Below, in pieces: positions 62,102 through 64,000 of a stretch of 64,000 nt of DNA. How positions within the stretch are numbered: position 1 is the first letter of the stretch; the number at the start of each line of letters is the position of its first letter. Source of the stretch: Candidatus Woesearchaeota archaeon. Its GTDB lineage: Archaea > Nanobdellota > Nanobdellia > Woesearchaeales > UBA525. The position numbers and the translations under genes were made by a program. The stretch lies in the NCBI GenBank assembly GCA_028818155.1, contig JAPPOH010000001.1:192598-256597 (forward strand). Direction: 5' to 3'. Below the pieces are notes generated by a model. The model worked only from the letters and a program-made list of their open reading frames with translations, made no database searches and was not told the DNA's origin.

Positions 62102-63429
62102 CCAAGCGCGCTCTTGAACATCGCCAGCGTCGCTTCCCGCGCTGTTTTGTGGTCAACCATCTGCGAAGGATATCCTTCTATCGTTTCATTCGCAAGGTTA
62201 TGAATTGTGCTGGAGGGTACGTCTGCAAGCTCTGGCACCCACTGCTTGATATACTCACATGCAGGATCGAACTTCTGCTGTTGCAACCATGGATTAAAGA
62301 TCCTGAACCATGGTTGCGCGTCACATCCTGTGGATGCTGCCCACTGCCAATTTCCGTTGTTCACACACGGATCGTAATCCACGAGCTGTTGCGCGAAGTA
62401 CTGCTCACCAAGACGCCAGTCCAGTTGTAAGTCCTTCGTCAAAAAAGATGCAACAATCATCCGAACGCGGTTGTGCATGAACCCTGTTGTGTTCAATTCT
62501 CGCATCCCTGCGTCGACGATGGGAAAGCCTGTTGTTCCTGTGCACCATTTCTCGAATGCTTGCTTGCTGTTCTTCCACTGCACACGCTCGAATTTCTTCT
62601 TGAACGGCCCGCCAAATACGTGCGGAAAATGGAATGCGATATGCGTAAAAAAATCTCGCCAGATGAGCTCGTTGATGAGTATGTGTTCTTCCCCCAGTGT
62701 GTCTTTGATTGCATGATACACTTCCCTGACAGATACAGTGCCAAACTTATTGTGTGCTGATAAATGTGTTGTTGCGTCTTGCGCTGGAAAGTTTCTTGTG
62801 TCCACGTACGAGAGATACTGCCCGATGTTCTCTAAGACAGCGAGCGCGTGACTCCGCCCACCAGGGATACACTGCTCGTTTCGCTCCGGAAGGAGCTCAT
62901 CCAATACGGTGAGGGGCACTTCACCTGGAAGTTGTTCTGTGTGGAACGTTCCTGTTGTGCTCTGTGGTGCTGTCACTTGCAGTGTTCGTGCTTTCTTCAT
63001 GAACGGCGTGTACACAGTGTATGGCTGCCCGTCCGACTTCAGTACATCTTCAGGTTCGTGCAAGAGTGCGTCAGGAAAGCTTGTGCACTGAAGTAGTTTC
63101 GCGAGCGCAGCATCTCGTTCCTGACTGAACGGTGTATAGTCTCTGTTGAACGTGATGTTCTCAACGTGTTCTTTGAGCTGTGCAACGACATCCTCCGCTA
63201 TGCCCTTGAAGAGATATAATCTTCCACCGAGCGCTTTGAGTTGCTCGTCGAGTTCTCGCAGGGAATCGAACATGAACTGCACGCAATTGGCACTGTGATA
63301 CTCGTTCTCCTCCAGCTGTCGCTCATCAAGGATGAAGCATGGCACAACAGTTCCCTGTGCGAGTGCTGCTCGGAGCGCTGTGTTGTCATGCACTCGCAGG
63401 TCTCGCCGGAAGATGTGGAGGGTTAGCAT
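62098..63429 (-). CDS. phr: Deoxyribodipyrimidine photolyase (class I CPD-type / cryptochrome-photolyase family)
   Basis: LHIFRRDLRVHDNTAL, WRDFF, TGFPIVDAGMRELNTTGFMHNRVRMIVASFLTKDL, WQWAAS. Confidence 0.9.
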   Translation of the reverse strand: MLTLHIFRRDLRVHDNTALRAALAQGTVVPCFILDERQLEENEYHSANCVQFMFDSLRELDEQLKALGGRLYLFKGIAEDVVAQLKEHVENITFNRDYTPFSQERDAALAKLLQCTSFPDALLHEPEDVLKSDGQPYTVYTPFMKKARTLQVTAPQSTTGTFHTEQLPGEVPLTVLDELLPERNEQCIPGGRSHALAVLENIGQYLSYVDTRNFPAQDATTHLSAHNKFGTVSVREVYHAIKDTLGEEHILINELIWRDFFTHIAFHFPHVFGGPFKKKFERVQWKNSKQAFEKWCTGTTGFPIVDAGMRELNTTGFMHNRVRMIVASFLTKDLQLDWRLGEQYFAQQLVDYDPCVNNGNWQWAASTGCDAQPWFRIFNPWLQQQKFDPACEYIKQWVPELADVPSSTIHNLANETIEGYPSQMVDHKTAREATLAMFKSALG

Positions 63430-64000
63430 AGTGCTTTCGCCCTGATTGCACTCGGCTCTTTGTCTTTGATCTCAAGCATAATGTCGCAGTCGATTGGCAC
63501 ATGCTTGATAAAGGTTGTGAAGTGCTTGTCATCGAGCGTCTGCGCGTGCTTTCCCACTCGTTCGCCCGGCGCTTGCATGCTGTAGTCGACGAGTGGAATG
63601 CCATCTTCTTTCTTCCACGTTATCGCGAGCTGTTGCATTGCTTCCTCTTGTGTTTCACCGTTGTGCAAACATTCGTGATGTAAATTGTCAAAGATCACAG
63701 GGATGCCTGTTTGCTTGTGAATTACCATGCAATCTCGTACTGAAAATAATCTGTCGTCGTGTTCGATCGCGAGTCGTCGTTGTATCTTGCTTGGTAATCT
63801 CTTGTGTTCGTGCACGAAGCGAGCGATCGCTGCTTCCTTGTCACCATATACGCCTCCAACATGGATCTGGATTTTTGCTGTCGTATCGAGCCCGAGCGCA
63901 TCGAGGAAGTCGGCGTGCCACGAAAGATCTCCAATACTTTTTTCGACGATCTTTGGATCTTTCGCGTTAATCAGCACAAATTGGTCCGGGTGCATCGAGA
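63423..64000 (-). CDS. uvdE: UV damage endonuclease UvdE, N-terminus lies outside the window
   Basis: HPDQFVLINA, IQIHVGGVYGDKEAAIARF, LAIEHDDRLF and IPVIFDNLHH match UVDE blocks. The ORF is open to the window edge. Its stop lies inside the first codons of phr. Confidence 0.8.
   Translation of the reverse strand, partial: SMHPDQFVLINAKDPKIVEKSIGDLSWHADFLDALGLDTTAKIQIHVGGVYGDKEAAIARFVHEHKRLPSKIQRRLAIEHDDRLFSVRDCMVIHKQTGIPVIFDNLHHECLHNGETQEEAMQQLAITWKKEDGIPLVDYSMQAPGERVGKHAQTLDDKHFTTFIKHVPIDCDIMLEIKDKEPSAIRAKALC

Overview
This 64 kb window looks like an archaeal chromosome segment. The evidence is aIF6, prefoldin alpha, FtsY, CDP-archaeol synthase, and A/T-rich TATA boxes centred about 27 nt upstream of start codons or tRNA 5' ends, so most transcripts appear leaderless. 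Coding density is high. Housekeeping genes: thrS, ftsY-pfdA-eif6, scpA, ugd, Lhr and Ski2-like helicases, an FKBP, an AI-2E transporter, a MOSC protein, phr-uvdE, tRNA-Thr(UGU) and tRNA-Val(UAC). There is a compact phospholipid head-group operon (psd-pssA-DUF212-carS). There is also a TPP-enzyme/succinate-semialdehyde dehydrogenase pair. A large share of the window encodes secreted or surface proteins: two giant cysteine-rich repeat proteins (more than 1394 aa, and 1668 aa), a discoidin/thrombospondin-type-3 repeat protein, and a tightly coupled six-gene secreted/membrane operon. That operon includes a subtilase fused to a lipase-like alpha/beta-hydrolase domain and a sequon-dense CARDB protein. 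Mobile or accessory DNA: a roughly 3 kb integrase element inserted at tRNA-Thr, which carries two tandem tRNA-like pseudo-units, and a 1.4 kb AT-rich cassette bounded by a perfect 30-bp duplication of the carS 3' end. The most unusual observation is a leaderless 11-codon uORF (MILTTRTTTTA, six Thr in seven consecutive codons) directly upstream of thrS. A hairpin just downstream of it engulfs the thrS ATG, which suggests leader-peptide control of threonyl-tRNA synthetase. Other observations: a missed L41e-like ultra-basic micro-ORF, a single TATA box equidistant from two divergent leaderless genes, a duplicated 31-nt promoter module, attenuator-like and palindromic structures in two upstream regions, and an alpha/beta hydrolase whose nucleophile Ser codon reads Gly. 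All family calls come from motifs read by eye in the translations. No database search or folding program was run.
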